A program made the position numbers and the translations under genes. A DNA stretch of 64,000 bases from Verrucomicrobiota bacterium (GTDB taxonomy: Bacteria > Verrucomicrobiota > Verrucomicrobiia > Opitutales > UBA953). The stretch covers positions 563-64,562 of the forward strand of contig JBEEKW010000008.1 of NCBI GenBank assembly GCA_041168485.1, written 5' to 3'. Positions within the stretch are counted from its first letter, which is position 1; every line of letters starts with the position of its first letter. Below the pieces are notes generated by a model. That model worked only from the letters and a program-made list of their open reading frames with translations, had not been told where the DNA came from and did no database searches. This document shows positions 9,724-18,471 of the stretch, piece by piece.

Positions 9724-10125
9724 TTACTTGGGGCCGAACTTCTGCCAGAGCACCGTGCCCCAGATGGCCAGGGCGATGACGATGGTCAGGAAGACCGCCG
9801 CGCTGCCCATGTCCTTGGCCCGCTTGGCCAGCGGGTGACGCTCCATCGAAATGTGGTCGGTATTGGCCTCGATTGCTGAGTTGATGAGCTCGACGATCAG
9901 AATCAGCTGCAGGCAGGAGAAGAGCAGGGCCTTTTCGAGGAAGCTGACCGGGACGAACCAAGCGATAATCGAAAGCGGCACCACCACCATGAGCTCCTGC
10001 TTAAAAGCTTCCTCGTGCTTGGCCGCCGCCCGCAGGCCATCCCAGGTGTAGCGTAAGGCGTTGAAGAGGCGGGCGGGCCCGCCTTTGGACTTCATGGATT
10101 GGCCGTAAGGCTTAGGATTGGACAT
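9724..10125 (-). CDS. dgkA: Diacylglycerol kinase (DgkA family)
   Basis: 133 aa with 3 TM segments. Conserved EEAFKQEL and VELINSAIEANTD motifs. Confidence 0.85.
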   Translation of the reverse strand: MSNPKPYGQSMKSKGGPARLFNALRYTWDGLRAAAKHEEAFKQELMVVVPLSIIAWFVPVSFLEKALLFSCLQLILIVELINSAIEANTDHISMERHPLAKRAKDMGSAAVFLTIVIALAIWGTVLWQKFGPK

Positions 10126-10243
10126 CTGTGGGCACCTTACCCCCCTGTTTTCTCAGGGCAAAGGCATTTTTAGGCCCCAAAAATCGCTTGCCAGAGGGGG
10201 GTGCTACCCTAGGTTCAGAGGTTCCTTAGTCGGAAAACCTACC

Positions 10244-10489
10244 ATGCGCGACGATTACCTCCAAGATGCCCGTAAAGTCATCCCTGATGCGAACATTCTC
10301 ATCAATGTGATTTCCAAGCGCGTGAAGCAGCTTCGCAGCACGGCCGACTACTCCGTCCAGCCCCCCAAGTATAACCACACCCTGGGTGACGTGTTCGAAA
10401 AGCTTTCCCCCGAAGACATCGCCCTGCGCGAAGTCATCGAAGGTCGTATCTCTTGGGAGTTCCGTCCTGAGGATCGTCTGCCTGCCTAA
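10244..10489 (+). CDS. rpoZ: DNA-directed RNA polymerase subunit omega
   Basis: Small protein with ILINVISKRVKQL and DIALREVIEGRI (compare E. coli omega IALREIEEG). Start taken at ATG 10244. Confidence 0.7.
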   Translation: MRDDYLQDARKVIPDANILINVISKRVKQLRSTADYSVQPPKYNHTLGDVFEKLSPEDIALREVIEGRISWEFRPEDRLPA

Positions 10490-10541
10490 GGCAGTCACCC
10501 GCCACAGCCGGCTTGCCGGCGAGTAGCCTTTTCGTCACCCG

Positions 10542-11009
10542 ATGGCCGCCCGCCGAGAGCACGTTCTACCCGAGGTTAATAACCCGAAGGCGGGACGTGA
10601 CTATTTCATCGGCCCGACCTTCGAGGCCGGGATCGTCCTGCGTGGCACCGAGGTGAAATCCCTTCGCGCCGGCCGGGCCAACATCGCCGACGCATTCATC
10701 AAGATCAGCCCGAAGGGCGTGATGCTCTACCACGCGCACATCGCGGAGTATGATTTCGGCAACCTCAACAACCACGCCTCCTACCGTACGCGCCAGCTGC
10801 TGCTGAAGGAGGCCGAGATCGAGAAGATCGCCGCGGAGATCCAGTCTGGCGGACACGCGATTATTCCCCTAAAAATCTATTTCAAACACGGCCTGGCGAA
10901 GTGCCTCCTCGCCGTGGGTAAGGGTAAAAAGATGCATGATAAGCGTCAGGACATCAAGGAACGCGAAGCCAAGCGCGAGATCTCGCGCGCGATGAGCCGA
11001 CGGAAGTGA
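10542..11009 (+). CDS. smpB: SsrA-binding protein SmpB
   Basis: GIVLRGTEVKSLRAG, YRTRQLLLKEAEIEKI and LKIYFKHGLAKCLLAVGKGKKMHDKR. Confidence 0.9.
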   Translation: MAARREHVLPEVNNPKAGRDYFIGPTFEAGIVLRGTEVKSLRAGRANIADAFIKISPKGVMLYHAHIAEYDFGNLNNHASYRTRQLLLKEAEIEKIAAEIQSGGHAIIPLKIYFKHGLAKCLLAVGKGKKMHDKRQDIKEREAKREISRAMSRRK

Positions 11010-11476
11010 AGCCGCCGCTCCACCTGGTCCTACTCCGCCCGGAGATCCCGCCGAACACCGGTAATGTGGGTCGCATGTGCGCCGTGACAGGATGCGTATT
11101 GCACCTCGTCCACCCGCTGGGCTTCAAGATCGACGATGCCAAGCTGCGTCGCGCCGGGATGGATTACTGGCACGAACTCGATGTCCGCCATCACGACAAC
11201 TGGGAGGCTTTCCTCGCCTCGCCCGGCCGCCCTGAACGCCTCTGGCTTTTCACCACCAAGACGACGCGCGGCCTCTGGGATGCGCAGTTCCAAGAAGGCG
11301 ACGGACTCGTCTTCGGCAACGAGGGCTCCGGTACGCCCGACGAGATTCACGCTTGGTTCGGCGCGGACCGCGAAGTGAAGATCCCGCACTTCAACGATAA
11401 AACTCGTTCGCTCAACCTCTCGACCGCCTGCGGAATCGCGACTTACGAGGCTCTCCGCCAGATTAAGCGGGCTTGA
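11006..11476 (+). CDS. trmL: tRNA (cytidine/uridine-2'-O)-methyltransferase TrmL (SpoU family)
   Basis: LHLVLLRPEIPPNTGNVGRMC and GNEGSGTP...SLNLSTACGIATYEAL. GTG start overlaps the smpB stop (GTGA). Confidence 0.85.
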   Translation: MKPPLHLVLLRPEIPPNTGNVGRMCAVTGCVLHLVHPLGFKIDDAKLRRAGMDYWHELDVRHHDNWEAFLASPGRPERLWLFTTKTTRGLWDAQFQEGDGLVFGNEGSGTPDEIHAWFGADREVKIPHFNDKTRSLNLSTACGIATYEALRQIKRA

Positions 11477-11534
11477 TGTCTTAATCATTAAGTCGCCTGC
11501 TTGCTTTTCGCCCGACCCCAATAACTTTGTCCAT

Positions 11535-12299
11535 ATGACTAGGCTTGAAGTAGTCCGCTCCCGCATCGCGCCTGCCCGTGCCCACCTACTCGCGCATCCG
11601 CTCTATGCGCGCATGGCCTCGCTCGACGACGTGCGCGTGTTCATGCGTTCGCATGTCTTTGCGGTCTGGGACTTCATGTCGCTCCTGAAGCGCCTGCAGC
11701 GTGACCTGACGTGCGTGACCATTCCTTGGGTGCCGGTCGGCGATGCCGAGGTCCGCTTCCTGATTAATGAAATCGTCTGCGGCGAGGAATCCGACGTCGA
11801 CCCGCGCGGAGGCCGCATCGCGCATTTCGACCTCTATCTACGCGCCATGCACGAGGCCGACGCCGACACCGCCGCGGTCGAGAAGGCGCTCGCCTCGGTC
11901 CGGGCGGGCGGCTCGACCGCCTCCGCGCTTGTTTCCGCTGGTGTCTCGTCCGGCGCCGCCGCTTTCTCCGGCGCGACCTTCTCCCTGGCGACGAACGGCA
12001 AGTCGCACGAGGTCGCCGCGGCCTTCACCTTCGGCCGCGAGGACCTGATCCCTGACATGTTCACCGAGCTCGTCACCCGTCTCAGTCGTGAATACCCCGG
12101 CAAGCTCGACACTTTCCGTTATTACCTCGAAAGACACATCGAGGTCGACGGCGGCCATCATGGTGCCATCTCGCTTCGCATGGTCGAACTCCTCTGCGGT
12201 GACGACGACCGCAAGTGGGCCGAAGCCGCGGATGCGTCCGTCGCTGCCATCGAAGCACGCATCGCCCTGTGGGATGCAATCCTGACGGAGTTAGCCTAA
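11535..12299 (+). CDS. DUF3050-like (heme-oxygenase-like fold) protein
   Basis: HPLYARM...VRVFMRSHVFAVWDFMSLLKRLQ and YYLERHIEVDGGHHG match my recollection of the DUF3050 family. The family name is from memory, not a search. Confidence 0.7.
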   Translation: MTRLEVVRSRIAPARAHLLAHPLYARMASLDDVRVFMRSHVFAVWDFMSLLKRLQRDLTCVTIPWVPVGDAEVRFLINEIVCGEESDVDPRGGRIAHFDLYLRAMHEADADTAAVEKALASVRAGGSTASALVSAGVSSGAAAFSGATFSLATNGKSHEVAAAFTFGREDLIPDMFTELVTRLSREYPGKLDTFRYYLERHIEVDGGHHGAISLRMVELLCGDDDRKWAEAADASVAAIEARIALWDAILTELA

Positions 12300-12306
12300 G
12301 TCAGCC

Positions 12307-13344
12307 TTACTTCTGCGCGTCCGGACGATGCCGCTGCACCATGCCGCGGAAGTCGCCGAGATTGTAAGGGCCGACGAGCGGCTTCGAAAGGTCGGCTTCG
12401 GAGACGACGATGCTGCCGCTTTCCTTGGCCTGGGCGACGACTTTGCCTGTACGGTCAATGATGGCGGAGATCATCCAGTCGTTCTTCGGGTCAGTAAAGG
12501 TACTGCTGACGACGTACACGCGGTTCTCGCAGGCACGGGCGCGGGCGAGCAGCGGGTCACAGCCCCAGACCGGCCAAGCGATGACTTCGGCTCCGTTGGC
12601 AGTAAGAGCCCGGGCGACTTCGGGGTAGAAGCCGTCGTAACAAATCATCAGGCCGACCTTGCCGAACTTCGTATCGAAGACGGGGTACTCCGTGCCAGGT
12701 GCGACGCCTTTCTCGACCTCGCCATGCGGCAGGCAGACCTTGCGGTACTTGCCCAGCAGCTTGCCTTCAGGACTCAGGAGGACGGCGGTGTTATAGACGA
12801 GATGTCCTTCGCGTTCATAGAGACTGACGGCGATATGGAGGGCGTACTGTTTGGCGAGGCCACTGAAATAGTCGGTGGTCGGTCCTGGAATCGGCTCTGC
12901 AGATTCGGCCGGCGACAGTTTCGTGCGCACGTAAGGCACGGTCTCGCCGAGGACGATGAGGTCGGCCTTTTGCTTGGCGGCTTCGGCGATCATCGGGGCG
13001 TATTCCTCGCAATTCTGCCGAGGCGACTTGCCGGTCGGGATGTATTGAACGGTCGCAAGGCGCACCTTGCGGGACGCGGGCGCGACGGATTTTTCAAACG
13101 TGATATTGCTCCACTCGACGCGTCCCTTTGGGGCGTGCTGCAGGTGGAGTTCGATGGTCGCCTGTGTGGCCTTGGGCGGAACTTGGTAGACTCCAGCGAT
13201 GAGTGAAATGCCCTTGGTATCGATCGGGCCGTCGAGCGGATGCTCCGGTTCGGCGGAGGCTCCGGGGGTTGCGGCGGGCACGGCCTTGCCGGTGGCGTCG
13301 GACCAGACGATGCGCACGAGACCACTGTGACGCGGATTCTCCAC
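12307..13344 (-). CDS. Carbon-nitrogen hydrolase (nitrilase superfamily) domain protein, main reading frame
   Basis: C-N hydrolase core: ADLIVLGETV (Glu), YRKVCLP (Lys), GLMICYDGFYPE (Cys). It is preceded by a beta-sandwich-like region. The N-terminus appears continued in another frame (see the next feature). Confidence 0.8.
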   Translation of the reverse strand: MENPRHSGLVRIVWSDATGKAVPAATPGASAEPEHPLDGPIDTKGISLIAGVYQVPPKATQATIELHLQHAPKGRVEWSNITFEKSVAPASRKVRLATVQYIPTGKSPRQNCEEYAPMIAEAAKQKADLIVLGETVPYVRTKLSPAESAEPIPGPTTDYFSGLAKQYALHIAVSLYEREGHLVYNTAVLLSPEGKLLGKYRKVCLPHGEVEKGVAPGTEYPVFDTKFGKVGLMICYDGFYPEVARALTANGAEVIAWPVWGCDPLLARARACENRVYVVSSTFTDPKNDWMISAIIDRTGKVVAQAKESGSIVVSEADLSKPLVGPYNLGDFRGMVQRHRPDAQK

Positions 13345-13373
13345 GCCGGTGGTCTTGCGCGTGGCGCCGAACT

Positions 13374-13595
13374 TTATGAAGTCCCCGCCCAGAACTTCTG
13401 CTGGTACCAGCCGTCGAGGCCGTCCCGGGCGTCGTGTGTGATGACCAAGGTGTCGCCTTTGCGTGAGAACGCTGGGCGGATCTCGTCTCGAGGGCTTTGT
13501 TCAGTCCAGCCATCTTGCGAAGCTGCGAGTAGGCCGGGAAGCCAGCCCAGCAAGGATAGCAAGAGAAGGGCGGGGCGGCTCATGGGCCTATCCAA
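13374..13595 (-). pseudogene. Signal-peptide-bearing 73-aa ORF, probably the displaced N-terminus of the C-N hydrolase (frameshift at a C4/G4 run 13383-13386)
   Basis: MDRPMSRPALLLLSLLGWLPGLLAAS is a signal peptide. The ORF stops 29 nt upstream of the hydrolase GTG. Adding one G to the GGGG run joins the two frames as ...QQKFWAGDFIKFGATRKTTGVENPRH... Confidence 0.45.
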
Positions 13596-13631
13596 CCCGG
13601 TTGCCGCGAGAGGGCAACGGCTTATCCGCCC

Positions 13632-14363
13632 TCAGGGCTGCCGGACGCGCAGGTTGCGGTACTCGACCTTCATTGGCGGTCCGACGTGCACCTGCACGCC
13701 GAGCTTCCCCTCGGGATGGCGAGCGGCCGCATCGTCGTCGATGACCACGCTCATGACATGCCCGTTGAGGATGTGCACCTGCGTGCCGCCGCGGACGATG
13801 AGATGGTATTCGTTCCAGTCGCCGCTGCGGATGAACGTCGCGAGCTCCTTGGGGTCGCCGACCGAGCCGATGACCTCAGCTTTTGCTCCTGGTCGGATGC
13901 GGGTGATTTGGCCGCGGAGCGCGTTGAACGTGCGACCGCGTTCTTCGTAGTTCTGGCCAGTGTGTTTGTTCTGTCCGTCGATGTCTGCCTGCGGACCGGT
14001 CAGGGCGAAGGTCAGCCCGGCGACGTCAGCGCTATGGTAGTTGATGCCACTGTTACCGCGCTCCGAGATGCGATACTCGGCCTTGAGCTCGAAGTCGCCG
14101 GGCAGGGAGCCGTCCCAGATGATGAAAGTATTCCGCTTCACGATGGTCTCGGGAGTAATCTCGCCGACGATCGCGCCGCCTTCGCAGCGCCAATACTTCG
14201 GATCGCCGGACCAGCCGTTGAGGGTCTTGCCGTCGAAGAGGCTCTTCCATCCGAGGTTTTCTTCAGCCGAAGGGACGGGCATGGTCTGTTTCGGCGTGGG
14301 CGGGATGACTTCGGCGGCGCCAAGGAAGACGGACGTCATTAGAAGCGCGGGAAAGGCTTTCAT
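13632..14363 (-). CDS. DUF1080 domain protein (secreted, 3-keto-disaccharide hydrolase-like fold)
   Basis: Signal peptide, then WKSLFDGKTLNGWSG...YWRCEGGAIVGE and EYHLIVRGGTQVHILNG...GKLGVQVH. Confidence 0.85.
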   Translation of the reverse strand: MKAFPALLMTSVFLGAAEVIPPTPKQTMPVPSAEENLGWKSLFDGKTLNGWSGDPKYWRCEGGAIVGEITPETIVKRNTFIIWDGSLPGDFELKAEYRISERGNSGINYHSADVAGLTFALTGPQADIDGQNKHTGQNYEERGRTFNALRGQITRIRPGAKAEVIGSVGDPKELATFIRSGDWNEYHLIVRGGTQVHILNGHVMSVVIDDDAAARHPEGKLGVQVHVGPPMKVEYRNLRVRQP

Positions 14364-14432
14364 AGGAGGCTGTCAAAGGGAATAGGGTGGAATCCCGCAA
14401 GGGTCGCTCCTAAAAGTGTGCCACCCCTCCCC

Positions 14433-15752
14433 ATGGCCGAAACCAATCGCCCTCTCGCTAACCGTATTCTCTACGGGTTACTCTTCGGCGTCATCGCCGG
14501 CCTTATCACCCTCGCCGCCGGCCACTATTCGCCGTCGTCCCTCGCCTTTATGCGCAAGGTTTCGACGAACGTCTTTGATCCGTTCGGACAGATCTTCCTT
14601 CGCCTCCTCTTCTTCGTGGTGATTCCGTTGGTGTTTGCCTCGCTCGCTGCTGGTGTCGCCCAGTTGGGACGCCTCGATCGCCTCGGGTCGCTTGCTGGTC
14701 GCACCTTTACGCTATTCTTCCTCAATATGGCCATCGCCGTCGGGCTCGGCCTGTTGATGATGAATATCCTTCGTCCGGGCGACCACCTAGATCCCGCAGC
14801 CAAGACGATGCTGATGCAGGAGTTCGGCGGAGCCGCCCAGAAGCACGTCGCCACCTCCGCAGCCTCCCCCTCACTCGATTTCGCCGGGCTGGTCGAGATG
14901 TTCATGCCCAAGAACCTCTTTGGCGCCGTCGTTGGCCATACCAATGGCACGATCGGCGACGTCCTTCCGCTGATCCTCTTCGCGCTGCTCGTGGGTATCG
15001 TCGGCACGCAGTTGCCCGAGGCGAAACGCCAGCAACTGCTTTCGACGCTCGACCTGGTCGCCGACCTGATGACCGGTATCGTACAGCTCGCCCTGAAGCT
15101 CGCACCATACGCCGTACCGCTGATGATCTATAGTGTTATCGTCAAGGTCGGCCTGGATATCCTGATTGCGCTCGGCGTCTTCGCCCTCGGGTGCCTCGCG
15201 GTCATGCTGTTCCACCTCTTCGGTACGATGTCGCTCTGGCTGCGTCTCTGGACGGACCGGAAGCCGCTGGAATTCTTCCGTGATATCCGCGGCGTACTGA
15301 TCACCGCCTTCTCGACGAGCTCGAGCAACGCAACCCTGCCGGCGGCGCTGGAGTGCTCGAAAAATACCCTCGGCCTCAAACCGAGCGTGGCTGGCTTCGT
15401 CCTGCCGCTCGGCACGACCATGAACATGAGCGGCACGGCCCTTTATGAAGGCTGTGTGGTGCTGTTCGTCGCCCAGGTCTTCGGCGTGGACCTTTCCGTC
15501 GGCCAGCAGCTGACCTTGCTCTTCCTCTCGGTGCTGAGCGCCGTCGCCGTCGCCGGTATCCCTGGTGGCTCACTGCCGCTCATTGCTGGCCTGCTCGTCA
15601 CCTTCGGTATTCCGCCGGAAGGCATCGGCATCGTCCTTGGCGTTGATCGGGTACTGGATATGGCTCGCTCCATGACGAACGTCGGCTCCGACCTCGTCAC
15701 GACCGTCGTCGTCGATGCGCAGGAGCGCAAGATAGACGCGGCTTCGACTTAG
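14433..15752 (+). CDS. Dicarboxylate/amino acid:cation symporter (DAACS family)
   Basis: Multi-TM protein with AFSTSSSNATLP and GTALYEG motifs typical of GltP/DctA-type carriers. The start could also be GTG 14418. Confidence 0.85.
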   Translation: MAETNRPLANRILYGLLFGVIAGLITLAAGHYSPSSLAFMRKVSTNVFDPFGQIFLRLLFFVVIPLVFASLAAGVAQLGRLDRLGSLAGRTFTLFFLNMAIAVGLGLLMMNILRPGDHLDPAAKTMLMQEFGGAAQKHVATSAASPSLDFAGLVEMFMPKNLFGAVVGHTNGTIGDVLPLILFALLVGIVGTQLPEAKRQQLLSTLDLVADLMTGIVQLALKLAPYAVPLMIYSVIVKVGLDILIALGVFALGCLAVMLFHLFGTMSLWLRLWTDRKPLEFFRDIRGVLITAFSTSSSNATLPAALECSKNTLGLKPSVAGFVLPLGTTMNMSGTALYEGCVVLFVAQVFGVDLSVGQQLTLLFLSVLSAVAVAGIPGGSLPLIAGLLVTFGIPPEGIGIVLGVDRVLDMARSMTNVGSDLVTTVVVDAQERKIDAAST

Positions 15753-16639
15753 AGGCCCCTGAGCAAGATGACTCCGACAATGGCGATGGCGCCGCCGAGC
15801 CACAGGCGCCACGAGGGGCGCTGGCCTTCGATGGCCCACTGCATCACTAGTCCGATGAGCGGCGTGAGTGCGACCACGCTGAGTACGAGGGCGGCGGGGT
15901 GCTGTGTCAGGGCCCACTGATAGCAGGCCACGCCGAGCGCCGGCCCAGCGATGCCGTTCATGAGCATCCACCAAGGAGCGGATGCGAAGGCGTAAGGACG
16001 GCGAATCTTCGCAAGCAGGCCTTCTTTACGCGAAGCCCAGAGCAGGAAGAGCAACACGACAGGGACGCCGCCGAGTAGGCGCACGAAGGCCTGCGCGAAG
16101 CCATCTGGGATGGTCTCGCCTGCTCGTTGGCAGGCGTCGACCGTCAGCGGGGTGCTGACCGCTCCGCAGGCCTGGCCGAGCGCGGAGAGCACGCCGAGCC
16201 AGACGCCGGTGCGTCGTTCGGCAGGGTCACCTTCGGCGGGAGCGCCGAGCGCGACGCCGACGCCGATCAGAATGACGAGCGCGGCCAGCATCTCCGAGCC
16301 GTTGGGCGAATGTCTCAGCGCCCCATATTCAAGGATGAGTGCGAACGGCGCCGCGAGGCACTGGGTGAGCAGCATCGTCAGGCCGACGCCGATGCGCGGC
16401 AGCGCGTGGAAGAGGGCGATGTCGCCGATGCCGAGTCCGAGCACGCCGCCGAGGATGAGCCAGCCCCAGCCGGCACAAAACGGATGTCGGTCGCTGAAAG
16501 CGACGAATAGTCCGACGAACACGACCGCAATCAGCAGGCGACCGAGGTTCGCGAGGTCGGGTCCATGGTGCGCCGAGCTGCGCCGGGCACAGGTCACGGA
16601 CCAGGCATAGAAGAAGGCGGCTCCGAGGGCGTATTCCAT
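15749..16639 (-). CDS. EamA/DMT-family transporter
   Basis: About 10 TM segments in a two-fold repeat architecture, Gly/Ala/Leu-rich. ATG overlaps the hemW stop by 1 nt (TGATG). Confidence 0.75.
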   Translation of the reverse strand: MEYALGAAFFYAWSVTCARRSSAHHGPDLANLGRLLIAVVFVGLFVAFSDRHPFCAGWGWLILGGVLGLGIGDIALFHALPRIGVGLTMLLTQCLAAPFALILEYGALRHSPNGSEMLAALVILIGVGVALGAPAEGDPAERRTGVWLGVLSALGQACGAVSTPLTVDACQRAGETIPDGFAQAFVRLLGGVPVVLLFLLWASRKEGLLAKIRRPYAFASAPWWMLMNGIAGPALGVACYQWALTQHPAALVLSVVALTPLIGLVMQWAIEGQRPSWRLWLGGAIAIVGVILLRGL

Positions 16640-17778
16640 CAGTCGAATTTTTCGAGTACGGCGACGCCGACGGCGTCTGCCCGCATGCGGCCTTCACCGG
16701 TCAGGCGGAAGTGCGTGCCGGCGAGTTCCATGAGGCCTTCCTCGACGAGGTCGGCGAAGAGCTTGCGCACGCCTTGCGGAAGAGGCGCGTTAAAACGCGC
16801 GGCGAGCGCGTGCGGATCGACGCCAGCGTTGAGGCGCAACCCGAAGACGAGTGCGTCGCAGAGCAGGTCCGCCGGGCTGAGGTCCTTGACCTGTTCGAGG
16901 ACGGGCTGGCTGGCTTCGATGCCTTTGATCCACTGCTCAAGGTTGGCGGGGTTCGTCCAGCGACGGGCGCCCCACTGTGACGAGGCGGACGGACCGTAGC
17001 CAATCCACGCGCCCATCTCCCAAGTAATGAGGTTATGCCGGCAGGCATGGCCGGTGCGGGCGAAGTTCGAGGTCTCGTATTGGGCGTAGCCATTCTCTTC
17101 AAGCGTCTCCCAGGTCCGGCGATAGAGGCGGGCTTCGAGTTCGCGGTCGATCTTCACCTTACCCTGTGAGAGCTTCACGAACATCGCGGTGTCTTCCTCG
17201 AAGGTCAGGCAGTAGGTCGAGAGGTGGTCCGGCTTGAGCGAAATCGCGCGATGCAGGTCGTCCGTCCAGCGTTTCTCATCCTGTCCGGGGATGGCGAAGA
17301 TAAGGTCGAGGTTGCGTGAGGCGAAGCCGGCGGCCTCGATGAGTTCCCACGCCTCCATGATCTGCTTAGGCGAATGACGTCGGCCCAACGCGTCGAGCGT
17401 GGCGTCATCGAAACTCTGCACGCCCATCGAGACGCGCGTGACGCCGATCTCCTTAAGTGCGGCGAGTTTGTCGGCCCGTACTGACGACGGTGCGAGTTCG
17501 ACGGACCATTCGCCGGGCTGTCCGGCGGCCTTGGTCATGGCCTTGCCGAGTCGTAAGAGGTCTTCCGCCGGCAGTAGGCCGGGCGTGCCGCCGCCCCAGA
17601 AGGCGGTTTCGACGCGACCAGGGGGGTACAACTCCATCTCGCGCTCGATGGCGGCGAGGTAGCGGTCGATTTCACCGCGCTTCGGTTGCTCTTGGTAAAA
17701 AGAACAGAAGTCGCAGGACGACGCGCAGAACGGGACGTGCAGGTAGAGGGCCGTCGCGGACTGGACGGACGCGGACAT
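16639..17778 (-). CDS. hemW: Radical SAM heme chaperone HemW (HemN-like, oxygen-independent coproporphyrinogen oxidase family)
   Basis: LYLHVPFCASSCDFCSFY radical-SAM CxxxCxxC motif and GGGTPG. Start moved to MSASVQ (ATG at 17778), which overlaps the sufT stop by 1 nt. Confidence 0.85.
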   Translation of the reverse strand: MSASVQSATALYLHVPFCASSCDFCSFYQEQPKRGEIDRYLAAIEREMELYPPGRVETAFWGGGTPGLLPAEDLLRLGKAMTKAAGQPGEWSVELAPSSVRADKLAALKEIGVTRVSMGVQSFDDATLDALGRRHSPKQIMEAWELIEAAGFASRNLDLIFAIPGQDEKRWTDDLHRAISLKPDHLSTYCLTFEEDTAMFVKLSQGKVKIDRELEARLYRRTWETLEENGYAQYETSNFARTGHACRHNLITWEMGAWIGYGPSASSQWGARRWTNPANLEQWIKGIEASQPVLEQVKDLSPADLLCDALVFGLRLNAGVDPHALAARFNAPLPQGVRKLFADLVEEGLMELAGTHFRLTGEGRMRADAVGVAVLEKFD

Positions 17779-18323
17779 CACTCGAGGCCGAGCTGCTTGC
17801 GGCCGGCTTCCGAGATCATGCGCGGATTCCAGACCGGGTCCCAGACGATCTCGACTTCGGCGGATTCGACGCCGGGCAGGGCTTCCATCTTCGACTTCGC
17901 GTCGGCCGCGATGACGGGGCCCATGCCGCAACCTTGCGCGGTGAGTGTCATCTTCGCAGCGACCTTCTGTCCGCCGCGCTCGCCAGGCGAGAGCTCGAGG
18001 TGATAGATGAGGCCGAGGTCCACGATGTTCACGGGGATTTCCGGATCGAAGCAGCCCTTGAGTGCTTCCCAGAGTGCTTCCTGATTTACGGGGCCGCTGA
18101 TGACGTTTTCGTCCTTCTTCGCGTACTGGCTCACGGCATCAGGACCGAGGGCTTCGATGTCGGCCGGGGCGATGCGGAAGAGGCCCATCGGGGTGCGGAC
18201 CGTGACCGAGCCGCCGAGGGCTTGGGTGACGTGTACTTCCGTACCGGCTTCCAGTACGACAACGTCCCCGGCGGGAATCAGGGTCGCGGCGCAGTCGCGA
18301 AGGAGCTTATGGGCGGAGGACAT
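17778..18323 (-). CDS. sufT: Fe-S cluster assembly protein SufT (DUF59/MIP18 family)
   Basis: C-terminal DUF59 signature DPEIPVNIVDLGLIY...MTLTAQGCGMGP. The N-terminal extension is typical of SufT. Confidence 0.8.
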   Translation of the reverse strand: MSSAHKLLRDCAATLIPAGDVVVLEAGTEVHVTQALGGSVTVRTPMGLFRIAPADIEALGPDAVSQYAKKDENVISGPVNQEALWEALKGCFDPEIPVNIVDLGLIYHLELSPGERGGQKVAAKMTLTAQGCGMGPVIAADAKSKMEALPGVESAEVEIVWDPVWNPRMISEAGRKQLGLE

Positions 18324-18471
18324 GCAGAGAAAACAGGCGGTTCAGGCGGGGGACGCAAGCGTGGGGTGCCGGTGGATGTGCTTTTGGAGGTAATCAGGTT
18401 GCAGGATGAGATGACGAGCAGGGTTGTGGGCGGCCATCGGGCGGCTAACTTTTCATCAACCCCACCTTCCC

